19,682 nucleotides of DNA from Gemmatimonadales bacterium (GCA_041615815.1 JBFJCP010000049.1:1-19682); one strand, 5' to 3'. Counted from the stretch's first letter, positions 9,901-17,781 are shown. The notes: generated by a model from the sequence alone, not told the origin. A program made the numbers and translations.

Positions 9901-12900
9901 GAACACCACCTGCACGAGCGGATTCCGCCCCCGTTGACGCTCCGGCCGGAGCTCGGCAACGAGTTTGTCGAACGGCAGCTCCCGGTGGTCGTACGCGTCC
10001 AGTGAGACCTGGCGCACCCGTTGGAGCAGGGTCCTGAAGGAAGGCGTCCCGGATAAGTCGGTGCGTATCACCAGCGTGTTGACGAAGAAGCCGATGAGGT
10101 GGGCCAGCTCCGGCCGGTCCCGTCCTGCGATCGGGATTCCCACCGCGAGGTCTTCCTGGGCGGTCTCCCGCCCCAGCAGACCTTGGAAGGCGGCCAACAG
10201 CGTCATGTTGAGCGTCGCCGCCTCCGCTCGACTCAGCTGCTTGAGCCCACTCACGAGTTCGGTGTCCAGCTCGAAATCGTGGCGGGCGCCGCGGTAGTTC
10301 GGGCGCTGGGGCCGGGGCCGGTCGGTCGGGAGCTGCAGGGTCGACAGACCCTCCAAGTGGGCTCGCCAATACTTCAGCGGCTGCTCGATCCGGTCGCCTT
10401 TCAGCTGCTCGCGTTGCCGGATGGCATAGTCGACGTAGCGGACCTCGAGATCGGGCAGTGCCGCCGGCTCTCCGCGGCGATAGGCGCGGTACAACTCCTT
10501 CAACTCACGCCAAAAGACCGCGAACGACCAGCCATCGGAGGCGATGTGGTGCATGGTGAGCAGGAGCACGTGCTCGACGCGGCCGAGTCGGAGGAGCGAC
10601 GCCCTGAGCATCAGATCGGTGGTGAGGTCGAACCCTCGCTCCGCGTCCTCCGCGTAGCGCCTCGTCACCTCCGTCTCCTGGCGCTCCCCGCTCAGATGAG
10701 CGAGGTCCACCACCGGAAGCTCGAAGCGCGCGGTTGGATGGATGGCCTGGAGTGGTATCCCGCTTCGCGTGACGTAGGCCGTCCGCAGTGGCTCATGACG
10801 GTGGACGACCGTCTCGAGCGCTCGACGTAGGGAGGGAATGTCCAGCTCGCCGCGAAGGCGCCAGCCGAACGACATGTTGTAGACGGCTCGTTCCCTCTCG
10901 AGTTGATCGAGGAACCAAAGCCGTTCCTGGGCAAACGAGAGCGGGGCGCACTCTACCGTCGTTTCGTCGAGGTCCGAGTGGGACGGCTCATGGGAGCCGG
11001 AGGCGTGCTTTGTGGTTGGGATCGTCTCGCCGCCGATGTGAGCGGCGAACTCCGCCACGGTGGGTGCCTCGAACAGCGTCCTGATCTTGATATCCACGCC
11101 GAACGCCGCCGCCGCTTGCGTGACGATCATCGCTGCCAGCAGCGAGTGCCCGCCCAACTCGAAGAAATCGTCGGTCACGCCCACCGTCGGGACGCCGAGC
11201 ACGCTCCGCCAGATGTCGACGACCCGTTCCTCGGTCGCGTTTCTGGGAGGCACGGCGAGTTTGGCCGCCGGCCCACCGTTCGTTGCGGGTGGGGGGAGCG
11301 CGGACCGATCGATTTTCCCATTGGGAGTCAGGGGAAGCTGATCGAGGGTCACGAAGTACCGCGGGACCATGGCCGCCGGAAGGCGCTGGGCCAGGAAACG
11401 CCGCAGCTCCGCCGCGGACGGCTGTGCCGAGGCTGTGGGGAGCACGTACGCGACGAGGAAAAGTTCGTCCGCCTCCATGCGCGCGAGCACATGACATGCG
11501 CCGACCTCGGGATGCTCGCCGAGTGCGGCGCTGACTTCGGCCGGCTCGATGCGGAGTCCGAGAATCTTGACCTGATCGTCGGCGCGGCCCAGGATCTCGA
11601 GCTCACCACTGGGACGAAAGCGGCCGATGTCGCCTGTGTAGTAAATCAGATCCTGCGGATCGTGGCGAAACGGATTCGCCACGAATCGACTGGACTGGTC
11701 CCCGTTCGGGTTGATGTATCCGAAGGAACGAAACGGTGTGCGAATGGCAACCTCGCCAATCTCGCAGAGGCCGGCCAAGTTCCCTGCCCCGTTCAGCACC
11801 ATGACTTGTGTTTGGGGAAGCGGATGCCCCACCGGGAGCACCCCGTCCCCTCTGCCCGCATCCTCCGGAACGCGGTAGGCGGTCTTCACGAGCGTGGTTT
11901 CCGTGGGACCGTAGAGGTTGACGGTGAGCCCGGTGCCACCGGTCCTCCCGTGCCACGTCTGGGCCAGGTCTCGCGTCAGCGGCTCACCCGCGAAGAACGT
12001 CAGACGCAGTCGAGGAAGCGGGAGTCCCGCCGGGGCGGTGCGAAGCCAGGTACGCCCACGGGAAGGAACCACGTGCAGGACGCTGATTTCGCTCTCGTGC
12101 AGCCACTCCCACACGCCGCCGCTCTCCTCGACGTCCTCCATTGGCAGGCAGAGCGTGGCGCCGCTCGTGAGCGGCAGAAAGACATCCCGTAGCACGACGT
12201 CGAACGACAGCCCGGTCAACTGGGCAACCCGATCCCCCCGATGGATCTCAAAGACCTCGCGTTGCCACTCGAGAAAGTGGCTGAGCCCCTTGTGCGAGCC
12301 GAGGATGCCTTTGGGCACGCCGGTGGTGCCCGACGTGAAAAAGATGTAAGCCGGGGATTCGGGTGAGATCGCCGAACGCGATTGCCTCTGCTGGCCGTCG
12401 CGGGGTGGTGCCACCGTCCGTCCGGTTCGCGTGTCCACGTCGACGATCGGGATCTCCGGGAAGGTCAGATCTCCCTCGTCGTCTCCGGTAGACACACGGA
12501 TGGCCGCCCGCGGCTCGACCTCCCGCGCCATCATCTGGCGTCGATGCAGCGGGAGCCGCTCGTCGAGCAGGACGAGTATGCCGCCGCAGTCCAGGACGGC
12601 GACGATGCTCGCGATCACGCCGAAGCTCGAGCGGCCCGACACGACGATGCGGTCGCCGGGCTCAACTCCCGAGGCGCGCAGATGGCCGGCGATCCCGGCC
12701 GCTGATTCGCGGAGGTCGGCATACGTCCACACTCTTTCGGCCTGGACCACCGCGGGTTGGTTCGGGAACCGATCCGCCCACCGGGCGAAGGCGTGGGTCA
12801 CGAGTTCCTGCCGGGGCTCAGACAGCTCTTCTCTCGGATCGGGAAGCAGGCGTCGGCACTCCGGCGTCACGAGGGAGTACGTGCTGATCCGCTCGTCTGG

Positions 12901-15900
12901 CCACCTCGCGATCTGGCCGAGCACATGACCGTACTGCCTGAGCAGGCAGTCCATGCGCTCCGGCGAGAACAGGTCCGCGTCGTACACCAGCTTCAGCTCG
13001 ATCTGGCTGGCCCGTTCCCTCACGTAGACCGTGAAGTCGAATTTGGACCGTGCGTACGACGATGAGATCTCGGCGGTGACGCCGGTCGCGGTCCACGACA
13101 GATCGTCCACGCCGACCGCATTGAAGGCCACCTGGAAGAGGGGGGCGCGCATCAGGCTCCGTTCGGGCCGCAAGGCCTCCACGAGCATTTCGAACGGGAG
13201 CTCCTGGTGGGAGTACGCTTCCAGCGTCGTTTGCCGAACCCGTCCGACAAGCTCCCGCAACGTGGGATCGCCAGCGAGGTGCGCCCGCAGAGGGAGTGAG
13301 TTGATGAACAGGCCCATCAGCTCCTCGAGCTCCCGCACCGGGCGGCCGGCAACCGGCACACCAATCACGAAATCTTCCTGGCCGGACCAGCGATGGAGCA
13401 CAACCTGAAATGCGCTGAGCAACACCATGAACAGCGTGGCCCGCTCTTCCATACCGAGAGCGCGCAATCGTTCCGTGATTGCAGAAGGGAGCTCCGCGAC
13501 CCGTTGACCGCCCAGGTAGCTGCGGCGCTCCGGTCGCGGCTGATCCATCGGCAGATCCAACACCGGTGGGGCGCCGCGCAGCGCATCCCGCCAGTACTCC
13601 AGCAATCGCTCCGCGCGATCACCCCGCATCTGGTCGCGCTGCCAGGCGGCGAAATCGGCGTACCGCACCGGGAGCTCGGGGAGTGGTGACCCTTCGCCGC
13701 GGCAGTACGCGTCGTACAGGCCGCTCAGCTCCCGCCACATGATCGCCACCGACCAGCCATCCGATGCGATGTGATGCGTCGTGAGCAGGAGTGCGTGGTC
13801 GTGCTCGCCGAGCCGGAGCAGGACGGCCCTCAGCATGAGGTCCGCGGCGAGATCGAAGGGCCGCGCCGCCTCCTCGGCGCTCCGCCGGTCCACCTCGGCT
13901 TCCGGATCGTGGAGACCGCCAGCCTCGAGGTCCGCGACGGACAACTCGAACCGCTCCGGAGGCCTGATGAGTGGGCGGGGGGCACCGTCGTCACCGACCC
14001 GGACGTTCGTCCGCAACGGTTCGTGCCGATGGACCAGCGTTTCCAGCGCCCGCCGCAGCGCCTCCACCTCCAGTGGTCCCCGTAAGCGGACCACGTACGG
14101 CATGTTGTACGCGGCCGCCTCGCCCATCACTTGCTCGGTGAACCACAGACCCTGTTGGGCAAACGAAAGCGGTAGATCAGCCGTGCCCTCGCGGTCTACA
14201 CGAGCGATCCTCGCAGCTGGAGCGGCCGAAACATCTGTGGCGGGATCGGGCAGACCCGCCGCGAACTCCGCGACCGTGGGCGCATCGAACAGCGTACTGA
14301 GCCGGATTGCGACGTTCAGGGCGCGCGAGGCACGGGCGACGGCCTGCGTGGCGAGCAGCGAGTGTCCACCCAGATCGAAGAAATCGTCGTGAACGCCGAC
14401 ATCGGCGAGGCCCAGCACATCCGCCCAGATGGCGCACAGCGTTTCTTCCACGGGGGTCCGCGCTGCCACGGGCCGCCCCTCGGGCTCGGCACGGTTCCCA
14501 TCCGGTGCGGGAAGCGACCGACGGTCTACCTTGCCGCTGGGGGACAGCGGCAGGGCGTCGAGTTGCACCAGCACCGACGGCACCATGTACTGGGGCAGGA
14601 TGCTGCTCAGATGGGCCTTTAGCTCGGTCGAGCGCAGGGGCCCGTTGCTCGCCACGTAGTATCCCACGAGACGGATGTGCCCCGGGCGGTCCTCGCGAAG
14701 CGCCACCACGCCCTGCGCAACGCCTTCGTGCCTCTGCAACGCGTGTTCGATCTCGCCCAGTTCGATGCGGTATCCTCTGAGCTTCACCTGGTCATCCTGA
14801 CGCCCCAGGAACTCGAGATTCCCGTCCGACCGCCAACGCACCCGGTCCCCCGTCCGGTACAGACGGGCGCCGGACTCCGCGCTGAATGGATGGGGGACGA
14901 ACCGCGCGGCCGTCAGCTCCGGATTGCGCCAGTATCCCAGGGCCAGGCCGTCACCCCCAACACACAGCTCTCCGGGTACGCCCGCTGGCACGAGCCGTAG
15001 CCGCTCGTCCAGGACGAAGACCTCGGTGTTGGCAATGGGACGGCCAATGGGGATGGATGGCTGATCGGGATCGATGGCGTGCGGGATATCGTAGCAGCAC
15101 GTGAACGTGGTGCACTCGGTGGGTCCATACCCATTGACGAGCTTCGCCCCTTCGCCGAGGTACTCCAGCGCACGCCGCACGTGGGGAACCGAGAGTGCCT
15201 CGCCCCCCGTCAGGATCTGCTGCACGCCGGAGAGGGACTCGGGGTGGGTCTCCACGAGACGGTTGAACAGCGCCGCCGTGAGCCAGAGCGTGCTGATCCC
15301 ATGCTGGACGATCAGTTCGCCGAGCTGCTCGAGATCGGGAGGGCCTGCGGGCGCGAGCACCAGACGGCCACCGTGGAGCAGTGCTCCCCAGATCTCGAAC
15401 GTCGATGCGTCGAACGAGATCGGGGCGAGCTGAAGCATGACCTGGTCTGCATCCAGCACGGCGTAGTCGACACCGAACAGGAGCCGGGCAATGGACCGGT
15501 GCCGCACGGCCACGCCTTTCGGTCTCCCGGTGGACCCGGACGTATAGAGCACATAGGCCAGATCGTCGGCCGTGGTCGAAAGCGGGAGATTCTCGGTTTG
15601 GTCGCCATTCGCGACTCCCAGGCCCGCGTCCAGCGCAACGACGTGACGGAGATCGGACGGGAGGTGGGCACCGCAATCACCGCGGGTCAGGACAACGTCC
15701 ACCTGACCGTCGCGAACCATGAGCTCCAGTCTCTCGGCGGGGTAATCGGGATCGAGGGGCAAGTACGCCGCCCCAGCTTTGAGGATCCCGAGGAGCGCCA
15801 CGATCAGCTCCAGCGAGCGGTCCATGCACACGCCCACGGGAGTGTTTGCCGACACCCCCAGCGCGCGCAGGTGGTGCGCCAAGCGGTTGGCTCGCGCGTT

Positions 15901-17412
15901 CAGCTCCTGGTAGCTGACGTGGCGATCGCCGTCCACCACCGCCACGGTGTGGGGTGTGCGAGCCACCTGTTCCTCGAACAGCTGGTGCACGCACTTGGTG
16001 CGGGGATACGCCACGCAGGTGGCGTGTTGGTCCTCGAGGAGTCGGCGTCGCTCGGCCGCGGTGAGCAGCGAGATCTCCGCGAGCTGCTGGTCCGGCCGAT
16101 CCACGAATTCGGTGAGCACCGTCTGCAGCTGGTCCAGCAAGCGCTCCGCGATCGCGTCCTCGACCCGCGCCGTATCGTGCTCGATTTCGAGAATGAGCCG
16201 CTCGCCGCCGTAGCCGTAGACGACCAACGGGTAGTTGGTTTGACCGCGCAGCGTGAACGTTCGTCGATACCATGGATCGCCGCGCTCCCTGAGCCGCGCG
16301 TTCAGCTCGAACTTCTCGAACGTGACCAGGCTGTCGAACTCCAGTGGCCCCCGGGAAGGCGGCAGGCACGCATTCATCTCGACCAGCGGCGTGTGCTCGT
16401 GGTCCCTCATGGCCAACCAGAGGGATCGCACACTCCGTAGCCACGGCACCAGCGCCGCATCGGGATCGACGTCCACGGGGATGGGGACGGTGTTGATCAA
16501 GAGACCGACGGCATTCGCCACGCTCTCGGACGCCGCCGCGCGACCTGCTCGAATCGCGCCGAAGATGACGGACCGCTGGCCCGTGTAGCGGCTCAAGAGA
16601 ATCGCCCACGCACCCTGAAGCAGCGTGTTCAGCGTCAGTCCTTCCGCTTGGGCGAACGAGGCCAAGCGCCGACTGAGAGCTTCCGTCACGCGCGCGGTTT
16701 TCTTGGCCAGTGTGGGCCGCGCGGGCGACCCCGCGGCTCGGGGAAGATCCAGCGGTTGGGGTGGGTCGTGTTGGCGCAGTACCTCGCCCCAGAACGCCGC
16801 GTCCGCCTCGGGGTCCCGCTCCTGTAGCTGGCTCACGAACTCGCGGAACGGCGTCGCTGGCGGCAGCGCGGGCTGGCGCCCGGCACGCAATGCCGCGTAG
16901 CCCTCGAACAGCTCCTCGACGAGACGCAGACGGGATCGCCCATCCAGGATGGCGTGATGCGAGGTCCACACGAACCGGTAGTGGGCCTGTCGGAGGCGCA
17001 GGAGGGCCACGCGAAACAGCGGCGCCGTGGCCAGATCCACGCCGCGCCGTCGGTCCGCCTCCAGAAAGGCGTCCAGCTCGGCTTCCTGCTCCCACGCGGA
17101 GAGGTGGCGCCAGTCTCGCTCACACCATGGCACGGGGACGTCGGGACCCACGACCTGCTGAGGGGAGGACTCGTCACTCCAGACGAACCGGGTTCGCAGG
17201 ACCTCGTGGCGGGCGGCGAGCCACTGCCAGGCCCGATGGAACGCCTCCGTCTCGAGGTCCTCCGCGAGATCGCCCACGAACTGCTGCACGTACACACCGG
17301 CATCCCCGGTGGCCAGGCTGTGGTAGAGCATCCCCTGCTGGAGCGCGGTGAGCGGATATGCGTCACCCGCGTCGGGGGAACCGTTGCAGAGGGGCAGCAC
17401 TGCACCCGACAT
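6958..17412 (-). CDS. Non-ribosomal peptide synthetase A, about 3484 aa: C(DCL-like)-A(Val)-T-C-A(acidic/Aad-like)-T-C-A(Gly)-T-TE
   Basis: Three C motifs (HHAILDGRS, HHIASDGWS twice), three A domains with A3/A5/A7/A8/A10 motifs, three GGHSL carrier motifs and a terminal thioesterase (GWSFG, LDS, GDHF). The ORF is open from GTG 17541, but ATG 17412 has GGAAGGGG 9 nt upstream and lies just before the C1 motif 'DAYPLTALQQGML'. Confidence 0.95.
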   Translation of the reverse strand: MSGAVLPLCNGSPDAGDAYPLTALQQGMLYHSLATGDAGVYVQQFVGDLAEDLETEAFHRAWQWLAARHEVLRTRFVWSDESSPQQVVGPDVPVPWCERDWRHLSAWEQEAELDAFLEADRRRGVDLATAPLFRVALLRLRQAHYRFVWTSHHAILDGRSRLRLVEELFEGYAALRAGRQPALPPATPFREFVSQLQERDPEADAAFWGEVLRQHDPPQPLDLPRAAGSPARPTLAKKTARVTEALSRRLASFAQAEGLTLNTLLQGAWAILLSRYTGQRSVIFGAIRAGRAAASESVANAVGLLINTVPIPVDVDPDAALVPWLRSVRSLWLAMRDHEHTPLVEMNACLPPSRGPLEFDSLVTFEKFELNARLRERGDPWYRRTFTLRGQTNYPLVVYGYGGERLILEIEHDTARVEDAIAERLLDQLQTVLTEFVDRPDQQLAEISLLTAAERRRLLEDQHATCVAYPRTKCVHQLFEEQVARTPHTVAVVDGDRHVSYQELNARANRLAHHLRALGVSANTPVGVCMDRSLELIVALLGILKAGAAYLPLDPDYPAERLELMVRDGQVDVVLTRGDCGAHLPSDLRHVVALDAGLGVANGDQTENLPLSTTADDLAYVLYTSGSTGRPKGVAVRHRSIARLLFGVDYAVLDADQVMLQLAPISFDASTFEIWGALLHGGRLVLAPAGPPDLEQLGELIVQHGISTLWLTAALFNRLVETHPESLSGVQQILTGGEALSVPHVRRALEYLGEGAKLVNGYGPTECTTFTCCYDIPHAIDPDQPSIPIGRPIANTEVFVLDERLRLVPAGVPGELCVGGDGLALGYWRNPELTAARFVPHPFSAESGARLYRTGDRVRWRSDGNLEFLGRQDDQVKLRGYRIELGEIEHALQRHEGVAQGVVALREDRPGHIRLVGYYVASNGPLRSTELKAHLSSILPQYMVPSVLVQLDALPLSPSGKVDRRSLPAPDGNRAEPEGRPVAARTPVEETLCAIWADVLGLADVGVHDDFFDLGGHSLLATQAVARASRALNVAIRLSTLFDAPTVAEFAAGLPDPATDVSAAPAARIARVDREGTADLPLSFAQQGLWFTEQVMGEAAAYNMPYVVRLRGPLEVEALRRALETLVHRHEPLRTNVRVGDDGAPRPLIRPPERFELSVADLEAGGLHDPEAEVDRRSAEEAARPFDLAADLMLRAVLLRLGEHDHALLLTTHHIASDGWSVAIMWRELSGLYDAYCRGEGSPLPELPVRYADFAAWQRDQMRGDRAERLLEYWRDALRGAPPVLDLPMDQPRPERRSYLGGQRVAELPSAITERLRALGMEERATLFMVLLSAFQVVLHRWSGQEDFVIGVPVAGRPVRELEELMGLFINSLPLRAHLAGDPTLRELVGRVRQTTLEAYSHQELPFEMLVEALRPERSLMRAPLFQVAFNAVGVDDLSWTATGVTAEISSSYARSKFDFTVYVRERASQIELKLVYDADLFSPERMDCLLRQYGHVLGQIARWPDERISTYSLVTPECRRLLPDPREELSEPRQELVTHAFARWADRFPNQPAVVQAERVWTYADLRESAAGIAGHLRASGVEPGDRIVVSGRSSFGVIASIVAVLDCGGILVLLDERLPLHRRQMMAREVEPRAAIRVSTGDDEGDLTFPEIPIVDVDTRTGRTVAPPRDGQQRQSRSAISPESPAYIFFTSGTTGVPKGILGSHKGLSHFLEWQREVFEIHRGDRVAQLTGLSFDVVLRDVFLPLTSGATLCLPMEDVEESGGVWEWLHESEISVLHVVPSRGRTWLRTAPAGLPLPRLRLTFFAGEPLTRDLAQTWHGRTGGTGLTVNLYGPTETTLVKTAYRVPEDAGRGDGVLPVGHPLPQTQVMVLNGAGNLAGLCEIGEVAIRTPFRSFGYINPNGDQSSRFVANPFRHDPQDLIYYTGDIGRFRPSGELEILGRADDQVKILGLRIEPAEVSAALGEHPEVGACHVLARMEADELFLVAYVLPTASAQPSAAELRRFLAQRLPAAMVPRYFVTLDQLPLTPNGKIDRSALPPPATNGGPAAKLAVPPRNATEERVVDIWRSVLGVPTVGVTDDFFELGGHSLLAAMIVTQAAAAFGVDIKIRTLFEAPTVAEFAAHIGGETIPTTKHASGSHEPSHSDLDETTVECAPLSFAQERLWFLDQLERERAVYNMSFGWRLRGELDIPSLRRALETVVHRHEPLRTAYVTRSGIPLQAIHPTARFELPVVDLAHLSGERQETEVTRRYAEDAERGFDLTTDLMLRASLLRLGRVEHVLLLTMHHIASDGWSFAVFWRELKELYRAYRRGEPAALPDLEVRYVDYAIRQREQLKGDRIEQPLKYWRAHLEGLSTLQLPTDRPRPQRPNYRGARHDFELDTELVSGLKQLSRAEAATLNMTLLAAFQGLLGRETAQEDLAVGIPIAGRDRPELAHLIGFFVNTLVIRTDLSGTPSFRTLLQRVRQVSLDAYDHRELPFDKLVAELRPERQRGRNPLVQVVFQLHDGWVSDVDLDGIDLSWLPKRALRARFDLEMHLRLHGDGLRGTVVYSSELFDAETIEGLVSRFTRLLQWVVVDPDRPVNEVPLLSSTERQHLLVQWNDTAAAYPLDRRIHQLFEEQVARTPGAVAVQFGNESVTYRELNHRADQLAMHLARWGVEPGSLVGVCLDRSLQMIVAVLGILKAGAAYLPLDPAFPGDRLSLMVSDAEVSAVLSDSALAASFPALGERVIPMDLLGPANGAPERGGPGHGEGREDDDALAYVMYTSGSSGKPKGVRVPHRCVVNFLLSMQERPGLTAEDVVLAVTTLSFDISVLEIFLPLITGARVVPVDTQTASDGRRLAAVIEACGATVMQATPSTWRMLVDAGWTGSRRLKALAGGESLPPQLAKALRERVAQLWNMYGPTETTVWSACGEVTDDREPIGIGRPIANTQIYVLDAGMQPVPIGLPGEVYIGGAGVTDGYLKREDLTARHFVPNPFANGAGGLLYRTGDRGRWREDGQLEVLGRVDRQLKIRGHRVEPGEIEAALALHPAVNACAVEPSGAGDVALTAFVVYRDELTLPTNEIRGFLARTLPSYMLPQRVVPLSELPLLPNGKIDRKALRAREVPPVGSPETYVAPRTATEWALAGIWGEALGLSRVGVTDDFFELGGHSLLIADVVAKMRDVLGGEITLDTLFEHSTIATLVAAVGRTTTAASATMPDGVPQSRKNPLLVPIHVGSVEPPLIFIHAAGGIVSPYVQLANRLDPRETFYGIEHPGIHGSPVSHSIPELAARYLDVIREAQPDGPYLLGGWSFGGLVAYEVAQQLLQGGGRVHLLAVLDSFLPGVVSLHRGPAQMVRTYLRHYGLPEEAIACHATTAVSASMDEALAGAHEDLRRRSLVPAQLHLNAFMEHYAVYSHAIEATRAYVPSPDYPGQVTLFRSASRVRDRGSAHGWAELNPSQLVVRDVPGDHFHMLREPFVATLAQELQSLLNRSRINGATPP

Positions 17413-17421
17413 CGCGGTCAG

Positions 17422-17429
17422 CCCCTTCC
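17422..17429 (-). promoter_or_regulatory. Putative ribosome-binding site for NRPS-A
   Basis: Minus-strand GGAAGGGG 9 nt upstream of ATG 17412. Confidence 0.55.
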
Positions 17430-17641
17430 GATCCCGGAGCTGCGGCTCCCGCCGGGCGCCAGGCTCTCCGGACGGATCACGGGAAAGATCAGCACGTGGA
17501 TAGCCTCCCGGCGTCGGCAACACGACCGGCGTCGATGGCACAGCTCATCGGGAAATACAATGGCACCTGCCCGGTTTGCTTGGCGCGTAACACTCCGAGG
17601 CCGAGGCGGTTATGGGTCAGTTGGTGACAGAAGGCAGAGGC

Positions 17642-17656
17642 GCAAAGTGCGTGCCG
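17642..17656 (-). promoter_or_regulatory. Putative sigma54 (RpoN) -24/-12 promoter directed at the NRPS operon
   Basis: Minus strand reads cGGCACGCACTTTGC: GG-N10-GC with exact spacing, matching TGGCACG-N4-TTGC except the first base. It is intergenic and oriented toward NRPS-A. Confidence 0.6.
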
Positions 17657-17670
17657 AAAAGCGGGCGGGA

Positions 17671-17715
17671 TGGGCGGCGGGGCCGGCAGGGGCGGCAGGG
17701 GCGGCAGGGGCGGCA
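17671..17715 (+). repeat. 9-bp tandem repeat (GGGGCGGCA)n: 3 perfect units plus 2 degenerate units
   Basis: tgggcggcg gggccggca ggggcggca ggggcggca ggggcggca; the perfect units span 17689-17715. Confidence 0.9.
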
Positions 17716-17736
17716 CGAAACAAATCCTTTCGTCTA

Positions 17737-17750
17737 CGTCACCCCTGACA
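17737..17750. promoter_or_regulatory. Candidate enhancer-binding-protein site (GTCA-N4-TGAC palindrome)
   Basis: cGTCAccccTGACa, about 110-120 bp upstream of the predicted sigma54 start, the usual position for an upstream activating sequence. It is short and could be a chance match. Confidence 0.3.
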
Positions 17751-17781
17751 GAGATTTCTCGGTTCACCCGAAGATTCGAAG

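Noticed and set aside
1279..17400. Many long alternative ORFs inside the NRPS genes (e.g. 3785-4792 +, 10903-12192 +, 15079-16440 +, 15677-17095 -)
   Set aside because: Antisense or off-frame shadows expected in GC-rich coding DNA; low-complexity Arg/Gly/Ala-rich translations with no recognisable motifs.
6958..17412. ACV synthetase (pcbAB) assignment based on Aad-like and Val modules
   Set aside because: The module order is Val, acidic, Gly with no Cys module and no E domain, and no isopenicillin N synthase gene is in the window.
17413..17541. GTG 17541 start adding 43 aa to NRPS-A
   Set aside because: The extension is Pro/Arg-rich with no clear RBS, while ATG 17412 has one. Not fully excluded; it could be a docking extension.
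17561..17580. Plus-strand TGGCAC...TTGCT resembling a sigma54 site
   Set aside because: The spacing between TGGCAC and TTGC is 9 nt rather than the required 5.
17671..17715. Repeat array as a CRISPR or mobile-element end
   Set aside because: 9-bp units without spacers, and no cas or transposase genes in the window.
17489..17767. Small ORF with PLP repeats (92 aa, -) as a leader or RiPP precursor peptide
   Set aside because: It is just the translation of the 9-bp repeat, has no RBS or modifying enzymes nearby, and overlaps the predicted promoter.
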